DNA of 64,000 nucleotides from Eledone cirrhosa (Eukaryota). Where the stretch lies: the NCBI GenBank assembly GCA_964016885.1, contig OZ024748.1:34906001-34970000 (forward strand), written 5' to 3'. The position numbers were made by a program, and so were the translations under genes. Numbering within the stretch: position 1 is the first letter of the stretch; every line of letters starts with the position of its first letter. The notes under the pieces were generated by a model. That model did no database searches. It worked only from the letters and a program-made list of their open reading frames with translations, and was not told the DNA's origin. Shown one piece after another: positions 28,454 through 41,013 of this stretch.

Positions 28454-29025
28454 CTGTGAGAAAGAAGGGAGTAGATGAAAAACACAAAATATCTTGATAT
28501 ATCGACAGGAATAAATATAGGAGTGAAGACAGGACTGAAAACAGGGTGATTTGGTAGCTTTTGTGTCTATACATACACACACATGTACGTGTGTATACAT
28601 ATATATATATATGCGTGTATACACACATATATATATGTTAGAGGTGTTGAAATACAAAAATATATTATTAAACTGTACCTCAATATTATTATTATACTTT
28701 TATAGAAAGTTTAATGAGAGAGGGGTCGGAGTTAATAAAAAAATGAACAACACGATCTCTGCTGAGTCTAACAGAGTCTTGTAGATAAATCATGTTTTAT
28801 ATTTACAGGCTGTGTATTTTATTAAGTTTCTATGACACATGAGTGATATAGTTCAACATAATATCATTAATAGGTGAAACCTGTATTTGCATTATACTGG
28901 GTAAACCAAAACATGATAAGGAGATGATACACAGGAGATAAGAGAGATTACAAAAGTGAATTTACTTGTAGATGACCTCAAATAAGATATTTCACATAGT
29001 GATACACATCTTAACCTAGCTTTAA

Positions 29026-29306
29026 CCCCTTTTGATAAGAAACTGCCTGAAATCACCCCTGCTTCTATTATATAACTGGTTGTTTAACAATTTTGTCAGT
29101 TTCTAATGAAATACACTATTTCAATTAATGAAGAATTTTGAGGGATTTATTAAAGTTATTAATTATTTAATGACTAAGATAGTAACTTAACTTATGGTTC
29201 TTACACAAAATTATATTGTAAGATTTTAATTTAAATAGGAACCCTTTAAAATGGATGTTTTCCCATAGTCGCAGAGTTGGTTGTGGCCAGATTGGTATCA
29301 AAGGGG
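29026..29306. mobile_element. piggyBac-type MITE
   Basis: TTAA on both sides; termini CCCCTTTTGATA ... TATCAAAGGGG. Confidence 0.65.
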
Positions 29307-29419
29307 TTAAATGTATTTATTTTTATCTAAGAACCTACCATCATAATTTTACACAAGAACCTTTGTTAAGTTATGTTCCAAACATCAGCTTAATAATGGT
29401 TTATGATTTAGATACAAGA

Positions 29420-29570
29420 CCAGAAATTTGTGGGACAGGGAAAGTTGTACTTGACTGCTACTTTATTTTATCGACCAAAGAAGGATGAAAAACAAAACTG
29501 ACTTTGGTGGGATTTGGACTCACAATGTAAAGACCCAGAACAAACACTGCTCTACCGACTCACCAGCTTA
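29420..29570 (-). mobile_element. Degenerate SINE
   Basis: tactttattttatcgaccaaagaaggatgaaa core is shared with the SINE at 43400. A more decayed copy lies at about 29940-30080. Confidence 0.6.
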
Positions 29571-30370
29571 ATAATGAGAAAGTTAGTTATATTATTATTA
29601 AAATCTTTATTATTTCAAACTTAGGCTGTGAGATATTTCTATTTTTTTTATACATCAATGTGCAACTTTCAGTCGTGACTATCTCGACTTTTTATTTCTC
29701 CCCCTTCAGCTACAGTAGGTCTCTTCCACCCTGTATTATCAGGACCACGAACCACTCCTCATAACTTCTATAACAAGTACTACGTGGTGCTTATCAATGA
29801 ATTTTCATGGGTAAATACTAGGACCTTTCCTGTTTCTTTCGGGGGGGGGGGGGGGGCAGGTGTGGTGAACCTGTCTATAAACAGCTAGAACAAATACCGT
29901 AAAGTATTTTATCCAACAATCCACGAATTGACCACATTTTACCAGTAGTTTATTTTATTGATATTCCAGAAGAATAAAGTTGACACCGCCGAGATTTTAA
30001 CTCAGAATGTAAAAAAGCTACAAGAAATACAACAAAGTATTTTTTTATCCGACGATCTCACGAGTCTACCACTCCGCACTCTTACACAGTATGTAGGACT
30101 ACATTGTCCAATGTGTCCTTAAGATGATGGGATATGATTAGAGGGTGCTTTGGCTGCTATTTCTAGTAATAGAAAGGAGTTAGTGACACCATCGTTAGGT
30201 TTGATGTGTAAAGAAATCATCGGGAAAAACTGATGAGATGATTGATTTTGAATGAAACAGTTTTAGTCCCGTAGAAACCATTTCTATATTAAACTTAATG
30301 TTTACACTCTACTAATGTATTGAGTACTTTACTAATTGTAATTACCCCCGATTGAACCCGGGACTCACAC

Positions 30371-30408
<38 letters not shown>

Positions 30409-31030
30409 TGGACAGGAAAAGTCAGATATGTTGTGCAAGTAATTTATAAGCACGTGGCTGCGATATAAGATATTATTTAACAGGATAAATGCCGAGAGGT
30501 GGATTTGTTTGTGACAAAATATAATATTAATATCAGAGTCAATGAAACGTGTCAAGTATGATGTACGTGATGAGAGTAATATTGCCAATGGCTGTTGGGA
30601 TAATAGAAAGGTTAGGAAGTTATAGAAGTTTGTAGGATGATGAAAGACGACGGACAATACTAATTATATAAACAAGTCTATATCAGTCACAGTTATGAAC
30701 AAGTCTACCAACGTACCCCCAGTAATTCTGTCGACATGTCTGTCTGTGGCTTTCTTTTCTTCCTCTCAGTTATTTTGTAATATGGTATACATTATATAAA
30801 TTGTATTAATATATAAATAAGTTAAGTAAGAGAGGTGGATTTGTTTGTGTCGGACTAAATATCTTGAAAGATTTAATAATCATGGTTTGTTATGGTCTGT
30901 GTTGAAACCATACCTGGGTTTAACTTAATCCAAGTTGTTTTATATAATACGTAATTTCTATTCTATATATATTAGTTAGATGGAAGGAAGGACTGGTGAG
31001 GAGAAAATAAAGAAAGAATCCAATATTTAC

Positions 31031-31127
31031 TTGTTATTGAAGTAACCAGGGCACCAGAGCATGATGCTGTCATTTGTTGAACAGCTGTTATTTTACTGGT
31101 CAGTCCAGCATCACTTGGTCGTTGCAT
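31031..31127 (-). CDS. SLC25A40: SLC25A39/40-family mitochondrial carrier, coding exon 1 (MQRPSDAGLTSKITAVQQMTASCSGALVTSIT)
   Basis: Translated by hand, not in the ORF track. It matches the family N-terminus xTPxQQMxASCxGAxxTS. It is 97 bp with a GTAAAT donor; the leftover A joins TG of exon 2 to give M-TPLDVVK. Confidence 0.92.
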
Positions 31128-32929
31128 GATGACCCCCAATGTTAGTCCACCAGCTCCTTGTTATATTGTTGTTGTTGTTGTTGTTGGTTTGTTAGTGCTG
31201 TGGTTATATCGTAGAGTGAGGGTAACTAGAGTTCAGTTATTAAACAACAGCTTATATGTTTACATAACAAACATACACGGAAGATATTTAAATAAAAATA
31301 ATATATCTAATTACATTCCATGTTTGTGTGAGAGTATATATACATATTTATGTTTTCTTCTCGTCGGCATGTTGTTGAAGACGTTTTTGTTTAAAAGTAA
31401 ATCAACCATCAACAGACATGTGCATTAAAAAAAAAGAAGCATAAGAAGATATGGGTAATGTATATTAGTCAATTTATGTTGCAGTATCATATATATGTAT
31501 TATTGTACATGTTTACGATAATATGGGGTGAATTATCACCAGATATATCGACCTAGCTTGGAAGTCATGCAACCAACTTTAGCAGACTTCTGAAACACAT
31601 GCTACACGTAACATCCACATACAACTAATTAAACAGGTTTATAGATTTATTTACATATTTATATTTAACCCTTATTTAGAAAGCAGTATAAATATTTTTA
31701 TCACTTGGGATGTCTTCTAAAATGTAAAATAAATATATATTTTAATGTTTTTAAAGAAGAGAAGGGAGTAGAAAGTTGGGAAGAAAATGCTGGTTATAAA
31801 CAGAAACGAAATACGAAACCAGTTGTTTTTTCGCTGACTTTACTTGTTTCGACTTTTATTGTTGGTTTGTATTTAACCCTGGGACAGCACTGGTCCAGTC
31901 GACCATGGTAAAGAATTCCGGTCGTGACCACCCTGTTTCAAATTCACAAGCAAAGTCTTTCATGGGAAATATGGTAACGAAAAAGTTGGTTAATATATGT
32001 GCGTGTGTGTACGTGCTAACGATGTAGTTTGATGTGAGATATAAATAGTTTTTCGTTTGTTTGTTTTTACGAACGATGTCCCTTGATGTATTTGGTCTTC
32101 ACCGAGTCATAAAACTCTCCCTTGACACTGTCAGAACTACAATGTACCAATAACTGGGCTGTTAGAAACCTAGACCTAACCTACTCTTTGATCCCAAAAA
32201 ATAGGGGCTGGAATAAGAGGGGTGGAATAAGGAGGCGTGGTTGGAAAATCGGTAATTTTTCTAGCTTGTCTCCGTTGATTTTTTTTTTTTGAAAACCAGA
32301 ATTAGTTGTTTAGTTTACATATTGAGACTTCAACCCATCCTATTTATTTTATGATATATGGGATTTTTAGTAATGTACTTGTTTGTCATGTCTAAAGAAA
32401 ATTAATTGTCGCAGGAATGCTACCACTTGAAATAAAATTTCGCCGGAGAAAGATTATCAAAATTTAATAAGCGGGCGGGGTAGGGGGCATTGTTCGAGAC
32501 CCGAGAATAAACTTTTGTAGAATTCGCCAATCTGAAAAGTCAATAGGAGGCGTCCAGCACGATTGAATGTTGAAGAAAGATGTGTTGGATGGGGAGACCC
32601 ACACACCACAAGGGCCTCTGGAGTTTCCCTTTAATAACTTTTAATGCGAGCCAAAACTGCCAGCATTGTCGTGGGTGATAGGGAGGCTAAGACACTGGAA
32701 CAGCCAAGCACCATCGCAAGGTTCACCAGAAACCTCGTTAAGTGGAGTATTGTTTGATCAACCAGACATCCAGAGAATCAACGTCTACGTGGATGAGTAT
32801 TCCACAGACACGTGACACGCAACTTAATTCTCGGATAGAATAATCATGACACATGTGATAAAAATGGATTTAATGAATAATAAATACAATCTATCTTATA
32901 GTGTATATGGTCTAGTATTCCACAATAGG

Positions 32930-34330
32930 AACATCTCGTGGCACCTACTATTCAAAATTGGAATATCCCTCCCCACAAGTTGGTTAATGTCATCAGAAGG
33001 TTCCATAATGACATGCACGCCAGAGTTTCCATCAACGGTGAACGGACAAAGGAATTTGAAGTATCAACTGGTCTTCACCGGGGTTACATTTTCACATCAA
33101 CACTGTTTGTGCTATTTTTCACCTTTGTCTTCCGTCATTCACACAAAACAATGCCAAACTTTGGCATTAATGTTACATTGAAGGCCAACTCTTCAACTTA
33201 GGTCGTCTTAAGTCAAAGTCAACCAGTCATCTAAACAGGGTAACTTCTTGTATGCAGATGAGACTGTCATGGCTACATCAAGTGCACTCTCTCTGTTAAT
33301 CGCAACTACTGCTTTGACCAAATCCTAGAAAGAATGAGGACTGACAATTAGCAAGCCGAAAACAGAAGTCATATATGTTGGCTCTGTGAACCTACTACCG
33401 ATCAAGATTGATGATTTCACTCTTAAATGTGATAGAAAGTTCACCTACAATGGAAGAGATATGTCTAACGATTCGTCCATAGAATAAATGCAGAATATCT
33501 CGTGATGTTGCTGCTTTCCACTCTCTTGGTGCCAAAATGTGGAATTGCCAAGGTTTATTGGTTGTAACCAAACTCAGAGTGTACAAATCCATAGTTCTCC
33601 CATCACTGCTGTACGGCGGTGAGACGTGGTCCATGCTTGTTCGCCGCCTATGCAAATTAGATACTTAAAATATGGTGGCGCAAGACAAATACAGAGGTTC
33701 TATGTTGTACAAGCAAGGGCCTTGTTTCAGGGGGGGGGGTACCAGGGGACAAGACCCCCCTCACACACACACTTTTTCAGGAATGGGGAACAAACTATCT
33801 CATGTTTTTTGTTTATTTGATATAAATTCTTTTTAAGTTTTTTTTTTATATCTGAACTTCATTTGAATATATAAAATTTAATTAGCGTAAAATTTTCCTT
33901 ATGTGATAGGGTCCAGGAAAGGCACCATAAGCAATTTATGCTCCTTTAAGAATCAACAAATGTTGGTTTGTCCCCCCCCCCCCACACACACACACATTTT
34001 AAAGGCAAGCGAGAGCCCTGTGTACAAGAACAACTACAGTTGCAGCAATGATCTGGAACAACTGTCTCAGATGTCTCAGTCATGTATTCCGAATGGAAGA
34101 TAGTCGCATTCCAAAGTATTGTTTGGTGATTAGCAAGAAACAAGAAAAGTAGAGGCTGTCCATGGAAGTGCTGGAAGGACTGCATTACAGATGTGAAAGC
34201 CGTCCGTTTCAACCTCACAATATGGCTCGACCTAACTGCAGACCGCAAAGTCTATAGCAAGCAGACAAAGAATAGCTGTGCTCCTTCAGAAACGTAACTT
34301 GCCCAGCCAGATGAAAGGAGCTGAAGATGA
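32930..34330 (+). mobile_element. Old, frameshifted RTE (BovB-like) LINE fragment interrupted by an insertion at about 33650-34020
   Basis: Peptide remnants KLVNVIRRFHNDMHARVSINGERTKEFEVSTGL, LLYADE and KLRVYKSIVLPSLLYGGETW. Confidence 0.7.
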
Positions 34331-34481
34331 CGTCATAATGAGAGTCTCCATCGTCCATAATTACGGGGTCGAGAGAAAGACACAATTCTACAGCCACACA
34401 ATCTGAGAAATAACAATTTAATAAGGGAGGCAACTTCTGTGTAACATTGTCCCTTGTCGTACTGGTATGGAGTTATGTCCC

Positions 34482-34525
<44 letters not shown>

Positions 34526-34959
34526 GGGACATATAATATATATGAAAGGGACATATAATATATATGAAAGGGACATATAATATATATATATTTTTCTCTC
34601 TCTATATATCTCCCTTACATTAATACTTGAGCTAAATAAATAAATAAATAAATAAACGTATCATTGATACATTTACTCAAAATGACCTCCCACTACCTAA
34701 TTTTCTATATATATATATATATGTATCTATCTCTATTTCCTCTCTCTCTATATATATATATCTCTTTCTGTTTCTTTACATGAAGTTCTTCGCTTTATCT
34801 ATCTTTCCATCTCTCTATTTTGTTCCATGCATTTCCTCTTTCTCTTCTTTTTTCTTCCTTTTCTTCGTTTTCTGTCTTTCTTTCTGTTTTCTCTCTTTTT
34901 CTTTCTCTCTGTGTAAAATTTTTTCACAGCCAGAGTAAACCTCTTCAAATGAAGTCGGT

Positions 34960-35202
34960 GTTATAACGGTATGTCGAACCTATTTGTCTATAAAACTGTT
35001 TATATTGTATTTTGTCTGATGAAGGCATAGCATATTGTTAATATGATATCCCCGAAATATATATAATGAAATAAATATGGTTTTATAAATATAGTTTTCC
35101 ATTTATTTAATATTGTAAGTATACTCCAAATATTTGTCGAGTGCTTTTATACTAGTTATAAATATTTACTAGTTGTAACCCAACAATTTTAAATATAACT
35201 TT

Positions 35203-35204
<2 letters not shown>
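34960..35204 (+). mobile_element. Penelope-like pseudo-LTR, family A, copy 1 (diverged)
   Basis: Colinear with 35720-35962 and 39230-39388, contains a hammerhead motif and ends in (TA)n. Confidence 0.8.
35008..35073 (+). ncRNA. Type I minimal hammerhead ribozyme (family A)
   Basis: Stem I TATTTTGT/ATGAAATA, core CTGATGA, stem II including CATATT/AATATG, GAAA, palindromic TATATA stem III, then the UA site. Confidence 0.75.
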
Positions 35205-35241
<37 letters not shown>

Positions 35242-35343
35242 AGTATTGAAATTTCCGTTGAAAACAGAAAAGGTCATAGAAGTGAAGAGTGCTCTATGTA
35301 AGTATCAGAGCAAAATTTAATGTATAAAAATCAATACAATAGA

Positions 35344-35421
35344 ATTACCTCATTACCAGAGGTTTCCCGAATGAGGCGAATACGAAAGAAACGTCTTCAT
35401 TCGTTCGTCAGACGAGGCAAT
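35344..35421 (-). ncRNA. Type I hammerhead ribozyme (family B), minus-strand copy
   Basis: Reverse complement of 35474-35551. Confidence 0.8.
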
Positions 35422-35473
35422 ATAAAACATGGGTAAATACTTGGAAAGTATGAGACTTTCCAAGTATTTACCC

Positions 35474-35551
35474 ATTGCCTCGTCTGACGAACGAATGAAG
35501 ACGTTTCTTTCGTATTCGCCTCATTCGGGAAACCTCTGGTAATGAGGTAAT
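35474..35551 (+). ncRNA. Type I hammerhead ribozyme (family B) with extended stem II
   Basis: Stem I ATTGCCTCGT/ATGAGGTAAT, CTGACGA at 35484, stem II CGAATGA/TCATTCG, GAAA at 35529, stem III ACC-TCT-GGT. Predicted cleavage after GUA at 35541. Confidence 0.82.
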
Positions 35552-35573
35552 TATATTGTATTGATTTTTATAC

Positions 35574-35631
<58 letters not shown>

Positions 35632-35634
<3 letters not shown>

Positions 35635-35962
35635 GATATTACATAAATGGAAACTATATTTATAAAACCATATTTATTTTATTATACATAGCCAGACAGC
35701 CTCCAAAAATAATGGTCGCTTCTAATAGGGTACGTCAAAATTATTTATAAAACTGTTTATATATTGTATTTTATCTGACGAAGGCATGCCATATTTTAAT
35801 TTGGCATCCCTGAAATATGTATAATAAAATAAATATGGTTTTATAAATATAGTTTCCATTTATGTAATATCGTATATCTACTCCAAAAACTTGTCGAGTG
35901 CTTTATATCAGTTATAAAATATTTACTTGTTGTATCCCAACAATTTTAAATAAAACTTTTGC
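35632..35962 (+). mobile_element. Penelope-like pseudo-LTR, family A, copy 2, preceded by an inverted partial copy (35632-35690)
   Basis: 35632-35690 is the reverse complement of about 35816-35875. Both outer ends abut (TA)n. Confidence 0.85.
35767..35831 (+). ncRNA. Type I minimal hammerhead ribozyme (family A)
   Basis: Stem I TATTTTAT/ATAAAATA, CTGACGA, stem II AGG-ATGCCA/TGGCAT-CCT, GAAA-TATGTA-TA. Confidence 0.82.
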
Positions 35963-35992
35963 ATATATATATATATGCATATATATATATAT

Positions 35993-37658
35993 GCACCATC
36001 AAAATCTGACCTGGGAAAACTTAGCAAAAACATTCTAGACAGGGTAATACAGCAAATTAAAAACCTACATAATTTACCTTACTTAAAGTTATGGAAGGGG
36101 ACTGGTGATGTTATTGAGTGGTTTAAAGAAATTAAATATAACTATAATAATAAGTTTATTCAACTTGATATTGCTAACTACTATTCATCTATCACCCCTA
36201 ATATTGCTAACTACTATTCATCTATCACCCCTAATCTACTGAATAAGGCACTAAATTACGCATTTAAACATACAGACCTAACTAGCAATGAAATGCACAT
36301 TATATTATCGGCAAGGAAAACATTGATAGAATTTAATAACCAACTATGGACTAGGGCAGATAGAGATAATAATTTCGACATAACTATGGGATCATCTGAC
36401 TCAGCTCAGGTAACGGACCTTGTGGGCCTATTTATAATTAATTCGCTGCATAGAAAAATACCAGGTGTAACCGGAGGATTATATCGTGATGACATGCTTT
36501 TACTTATTGAAAATAATAATTGTGAACTAAATAGAAAAAGAAAACAAATTATACAATTTTTTAATTACCTTAATCTAAAAATAGAAATAGAGAATAACCA
36601 TAGAATAGTCAATTTCCTAGATGTAACACTAAATCTCAACACATGTCTTCACTATCCATTTCACAAATTAAATGAGAACTTGAATTATGTCAATTTTAAC
36701 TCTAATCACCCCAGATCTGTTAAAAATACTATAGTGAACTCTGTTCAAGAACGAATTTCAAGAATTTCATCTAATAAAAATATTTTTGACGAAAAAGCGC
36801 AGTATTACAATGAAGCGTTAGCTAGAGCAGGATATAGTGATAAAATTAAGTACATCGATAATAATAAGCAAACTAACCAAAATAATAACAATTTTAATTA
36901 CGGTAACAACATTAACAACTATAATAGAAAACATTACAATAATTCCAAAAGCCGAAAAAGAAATAGAACTAGAAATATAATATGGTTTGCCCCCCCCCCC
37001 CTTTTTTTCACTAAATATTAAAACCCATATTGCTAAACTATTCTTTAATGCTCTTGACAAACGATTCCCTAGAACACATAAATATCACTCAATTTTTAAT
37101 AGACATACTATAAAATTAACTTACTTGTCCACCAAAAATTTAGCACAAAATATTAACAGAATTAACAATAGGAATTTAAAACCTAACCAAAATACCAATA
37201 ATAACCCAAACAATATTCAATTAAATAACTGTAACTGTAGAAATAAATCTAACTGTCCGTTAAATAACAATTGCTTAGTTAAAAATATAGTATACAATTG
37301 TAATGTTAAAACTAACTTAAATTCTTTCAACTATGTTGGTTCCACCTCGACAGAATTTAAACTTCGCTTCAATAATCATAAGAATTCTTTCACAGATCCA
37401 AACAAAAAATCCTCAACTTCGCTATCAAGCCTACTCTGGCAACTTAAACGAGATAATGTTGAGTATTCGATGGTTTGGAATATTGTCTCAAGAGGGATTC
37501 CTTTTAATTCCTCATCTGAGACATGTGATCTCTGTGTGGAGGAGATATTCTTTATTTTAAAATCCAAAAATTCCCTTAATTTAAGGAGCAATTTATTCAG
37601 TTGCTGCAGACATAGATTGAACTCAACGTTTAAATATAAATATAAATTTAAAATGTAG
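35993..37658 (+). pseudogene. Penelope-like RT plus C-terminal GIY-YIG endonuclease, frameshifted at the C-run near 36990
   Basis: RT motifs FIQLDIANYY, ITMGSSDSAQV, GLYRDD, VNFLDV, SNHP. Linker CNCRNKSNC (CxCx5C). Endonuclease IVY...YVG...FKLRFNNH...CDLC...CRH. In-frame 33-bp duplication at 36168-36233. Confidence 0.92.
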
Positions 37659-39280
37659 TATAATTAATTAAGAAATTTAATTAATATATGAAACCTGAAG
37701 ATAAATCTTTTGATTCCTTCACCTTTTTCTTTTTAAACCTTCTTCATAAATATAAACAAAGATGTAATTAAACTACTCTAAAATGTATATGCTCCCAATG
37801 TATTAAATAATTTTTACGCAAGATAAATTTCTATATTAAATATAAGGGCATCCGTAGAATCACTGGGTCTTCGAAATCTTTTAAATAATTTTTGTTAAAT
37901 AATTTTTGTTTTTTATTTGCTTTTTTTACTCTGATTGCTTCTAAAAGACTTTGCAATATATTGTCTGAAAAATTGGAAAGATAGATTTCTGTGGTAAATA
38001 TATGAAGCATATTGTCTTTTGGCCTGAGATACTCTATAGTGTGTTGAAAATATTTTAGCATTTTGATGTTTCTGTGCTGATATATTGATATTTGATTATC
38101 TCTATGCAAAGGCCGTATGTGTATTAACATGCATATAGAAGGCTTATAGAGTTTATGTTATGTGTTCATGTGTCTGTATGTGTGCATAGAGATGCTGGAA
38201 TACTCACGCAGATATTTTGTATGTGCATATATGTATATGTATAGCTATAGTTCTGTATATGTTACAGATATGCATAATATTAAATACATGAACGGTAATC
38301 ACATATATGTGAGGGCATGAATATTAATCGTTTATTTTTTTATGTATATATATATATGTATAGTGAAATTTTTTATAACACAAGAAATTTTTTTTATGAC
38401 ACAAGAAATTATAGAGTTGATCACGTAAAGTCATGCGTATGTCTATATTATTGACTAGAGCTAGACATAACTTTCTCTTTTTCTTTTTTTCAGAAAGTAC
38501 ATATACGTGTATATATATACATATATATTTCCGTATTTTTATAAATAGGGTTTTTTTGAAGGTTTATCTCAGATTTTGGTACATTGACCTCAGAGTTTTA
38601 AACTAAACATATGGTCATTATTGAACAAAGTTATTTTCTCATATTATATATCTATCTCATTCATGAATATTGATATTTACATTCTATTATCCATTTCATA
38701 TGAATTGGTAATTCAAATTGATATGACATGACGTAAAGATGTAACTGTATCCTTCTCTCTATATATATATAGCTATTTCTCCTCTCTCTTTATATATGAT
38801 GAAGTATTATGTATCTGTCGCTTTGGTTTTGCCTCTCATATTTCTCTCTTGTTTTTTCACTTCCCCCTATCTAGTTATATTTTCCCTCTCTCTCTTTCTT
38901 TCCCCCCCCCCCCTCTCTCTCTCTCCGTTTTCTCTTTATCTCCATTTTTTCTTTCTCTCTGTCTTTTCTCTAAATGTGCTTAACACTATAACTAAATAAT
39001 TACTGTACTCTCTCTATATAGTACTCCCTCTCTCTTGAATCTCCCTATTTGTATGGTGAATTATTATTATTTATCTGTTGCTTTTTTCACCTCCTCCTTC
39101 TTTCTCTCTCTCTGTTTTTCTTTACCTCAGCTTCTTCATTTTTTCTCCGTCTTTTTTCTAACTGTGCTTAACACTATAACTAAATAGTTATAAACACTTC
39201 ACTACCAAGGCAGCCTCCTAATTTAATGGTCGCTTATATTATGGTACGTCAAAATTATTTATAAAACTGTTTATATATTG

Positions 39281-39346
39281 TATTTTGTCTGACGAAGGCA
39301 TGCCATATTTTTAATATGGTATCCCTGAAATATGTATAATGAAATA
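39281..39346 (+). ncRNA. Type I minimal hammerhead ribozyme (family A) in the 3' pLTR
   Basis: Stem I TATTTTGT/ATGAAATA, CTGACGA, stem II ATGCCATATT/AATATGGTAT, GAAA-TATGTA-TA. Confidence 0.82.
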
Positions 39347-39407
39347 AATATGGTTTTATAAATATAGTTTCCATTTGTTTAATATCGTATATATATATAT
39401 ATATATA

Positions 39408-41013
39408 CAGTGCCCCGCAAAAGTTTACAACACATTAGGAAAAATGCAGTTTTAGGTATTTTTAATAAAGTTAGGGTAATGAAAATTTAACTACTGATAA
39501 AACATATAATGAGGCATTTAATGATACAATCATATTTTTAAAAAAATAACAAGGAAATAACACATGAAGAAAAATCAATATTTTTATAACGCAAAAGTTT
39601 ACAACACATTTTATATTTATCGCTTTTTTTCAAGAAAATTCTTAAATTTTCAGATTTAAAATTCAGTAGAATGTTCTAGATTAGGTTTAAGGTAACTTCT
39701 AAGGACTATTAAAAACATTACATCATTATTTGTCTGACAACCATCCTGTAAACATTGACAACCGTCCTGTAAACATGGACAATATGGGGAAAAATAAACT
39801 GATTGATCAAGACCTCTGTAAACGCATTGTAGACCTTCATACAAATGGTGTTGGTTATAGAAAGATATCTTGTCAGTTAAATGTGCCATTGAGTTCAGTT
39901 GGTACAATAATTCGTCACTGGAAATCTCATCATTCCATCTGTCCTCTAGTTAGTTCTGGTAGTCCTAGAAAGATAACGGAACGTGCAGCTCGGTTATTGA
40001 CGAGAAAGGTTGGCAACGAACCCCGGTGTACTCTTAAAAATCTTCAGGATGACCTAGAAGAAAGTGGAGTAAAAGTGAGCACAGATACAATTAGTCGTTC
40101 ACTTCGTCGATATAATATCTTCTCGAGGTCTCTAAGGAAAACACCACTTCTTACGAGGAAACACGTTCTTTAGTCGATTAAACTTTGCAAATGAGCATCT
40201 CATCAAACCTGCGTCATTTTGGGAAGATGTACTTTAGTCGGACGAAACAAAAATTGAACATTTTGGTCGAAATGCTGTGGCAAAAGTCTGGAGAAAGAAA
40301 GGTACTGAATATTCGCTGAAGAATACTATTCCAACTGTAAAATTTGGAGGTGGATCAATTATGGTCTGGGGTTGCTTTAGTGCCACAGGAGTAGGAAATA
40401 TTGAAATAATAGAAGGAAGAATGGGTGGCACTTATTATAGAGGTATTTTCCAAAGGAATTTACATCAAAGTGAACATTCTCTCAGCTTAAAGCCAGGTTG
40501 GTTTTTTCAACAAGATAACAATCCAAAGCATACTGCAAAGCTAACACAATCTTGGTTAAGTACGAATGGAATAAATGTTCTAAAATGACCATGTCAGTCT
40601 CCAGATCTTAACCCGATCGAAAATTTGTGGAGAGAATTCAAAAAAGGAAACCCCAAAATATCCCTGAACTAAAGAAAATTTGTTGTGAAGAATGGATAAA
40701 TATTAGCCAAGAAACATGCAAGAAGTTTGTAGGAGGCTACTCCAAACGCCCTACAGGCTGTAATTAGCAACAAAGGTTACGCTACGAAATATTAAGAGAT
40801 GATTTAATAAATGTGTTGTAAACTTTTGCGTTATAAAAATATTGATTTTTCTTCATGAGTTATTTCCTTGTTATTTTTTTTAAACTATGATTGTATCATT
40901 AAATGCCTCATTATATGTTCTATCGGTAGTTAAATTTTCATTACCCTAACTTTATTAAAAACACCTAAAACCGCATTTTTCCTAATGTGTTGTAAACTAA
41001 TGTGTTGTAAACT
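39408..41013 (+). mobile_element. Tc1-family (DD34E) DNA transposon with about 200-bp IR/DR-type TIRs; right tip missing
   Basis: Left end TA|CAGTGCC. Direct repeat AAAGTTTACAACACATT occurs twice in the left TIR. Right TIR spans about 40809-40998. Confidence 0.93.
39784..40795 (+). pseudogene. Tc1 transposase, disrupted by frameshifts and two Trp-to-stop changes
   Basis: GYRKIS HTH, GSPRK, SDETK, PTVKFGGGSIMVWGCF, FQQDNNPKH...SPDLNPIE with 34 residues between D and E. Confidence 0.93.

Larger units (their letters stand above)
35318..35577. repeat. About 260-bp fold-back palindrome carrying two divergent hammerheads (family B)
   Basis: Arms are near-perfect reverse complements. The centre is a 21-bp stem ATGGGTAAATACTTGGAAAGT with loop ATGAG. 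Confidence 0.95.
35993..39388 (+). mobile_element. 5'-truncated Penelope-like retroelement, Naiad-type, with long 3' UTR and 3' pseudo-LTR
   Basis: RT and GIY-YIG reading frames, a low-complexity 3' region, then a hammerhead-bearing pLTR (about 39207-39388) ending in (TA)n. Confidence 0.8.

Noticed and set aside
28239-28628. 129-aa single-exon ORF
   Set aside because: Only 28278-28453 is exon; the flanks are intron sequence bounded by clear splice sites.
32180-32510. Possible MITEs here and at about 33714-34020
   Set aside because: The terminal inverted repeats are too degenerate to call from sequence alone.
37200-37760. Selenoprotein-type Naiad (UGA-Sec plus SECIS)
   Set aside because: No in-frame TGA occurs at the conserved Cys positions and I see no convincing SECIS hairpin after the stop.
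40230-40590. Tc1 Trp-to-TAG/TGA stops rescuable by A-to-I editing
   Set aside because: The ORF also has frameshifts (about 40170 and 40750) and the right TIR is broken, so editing could not restore function.
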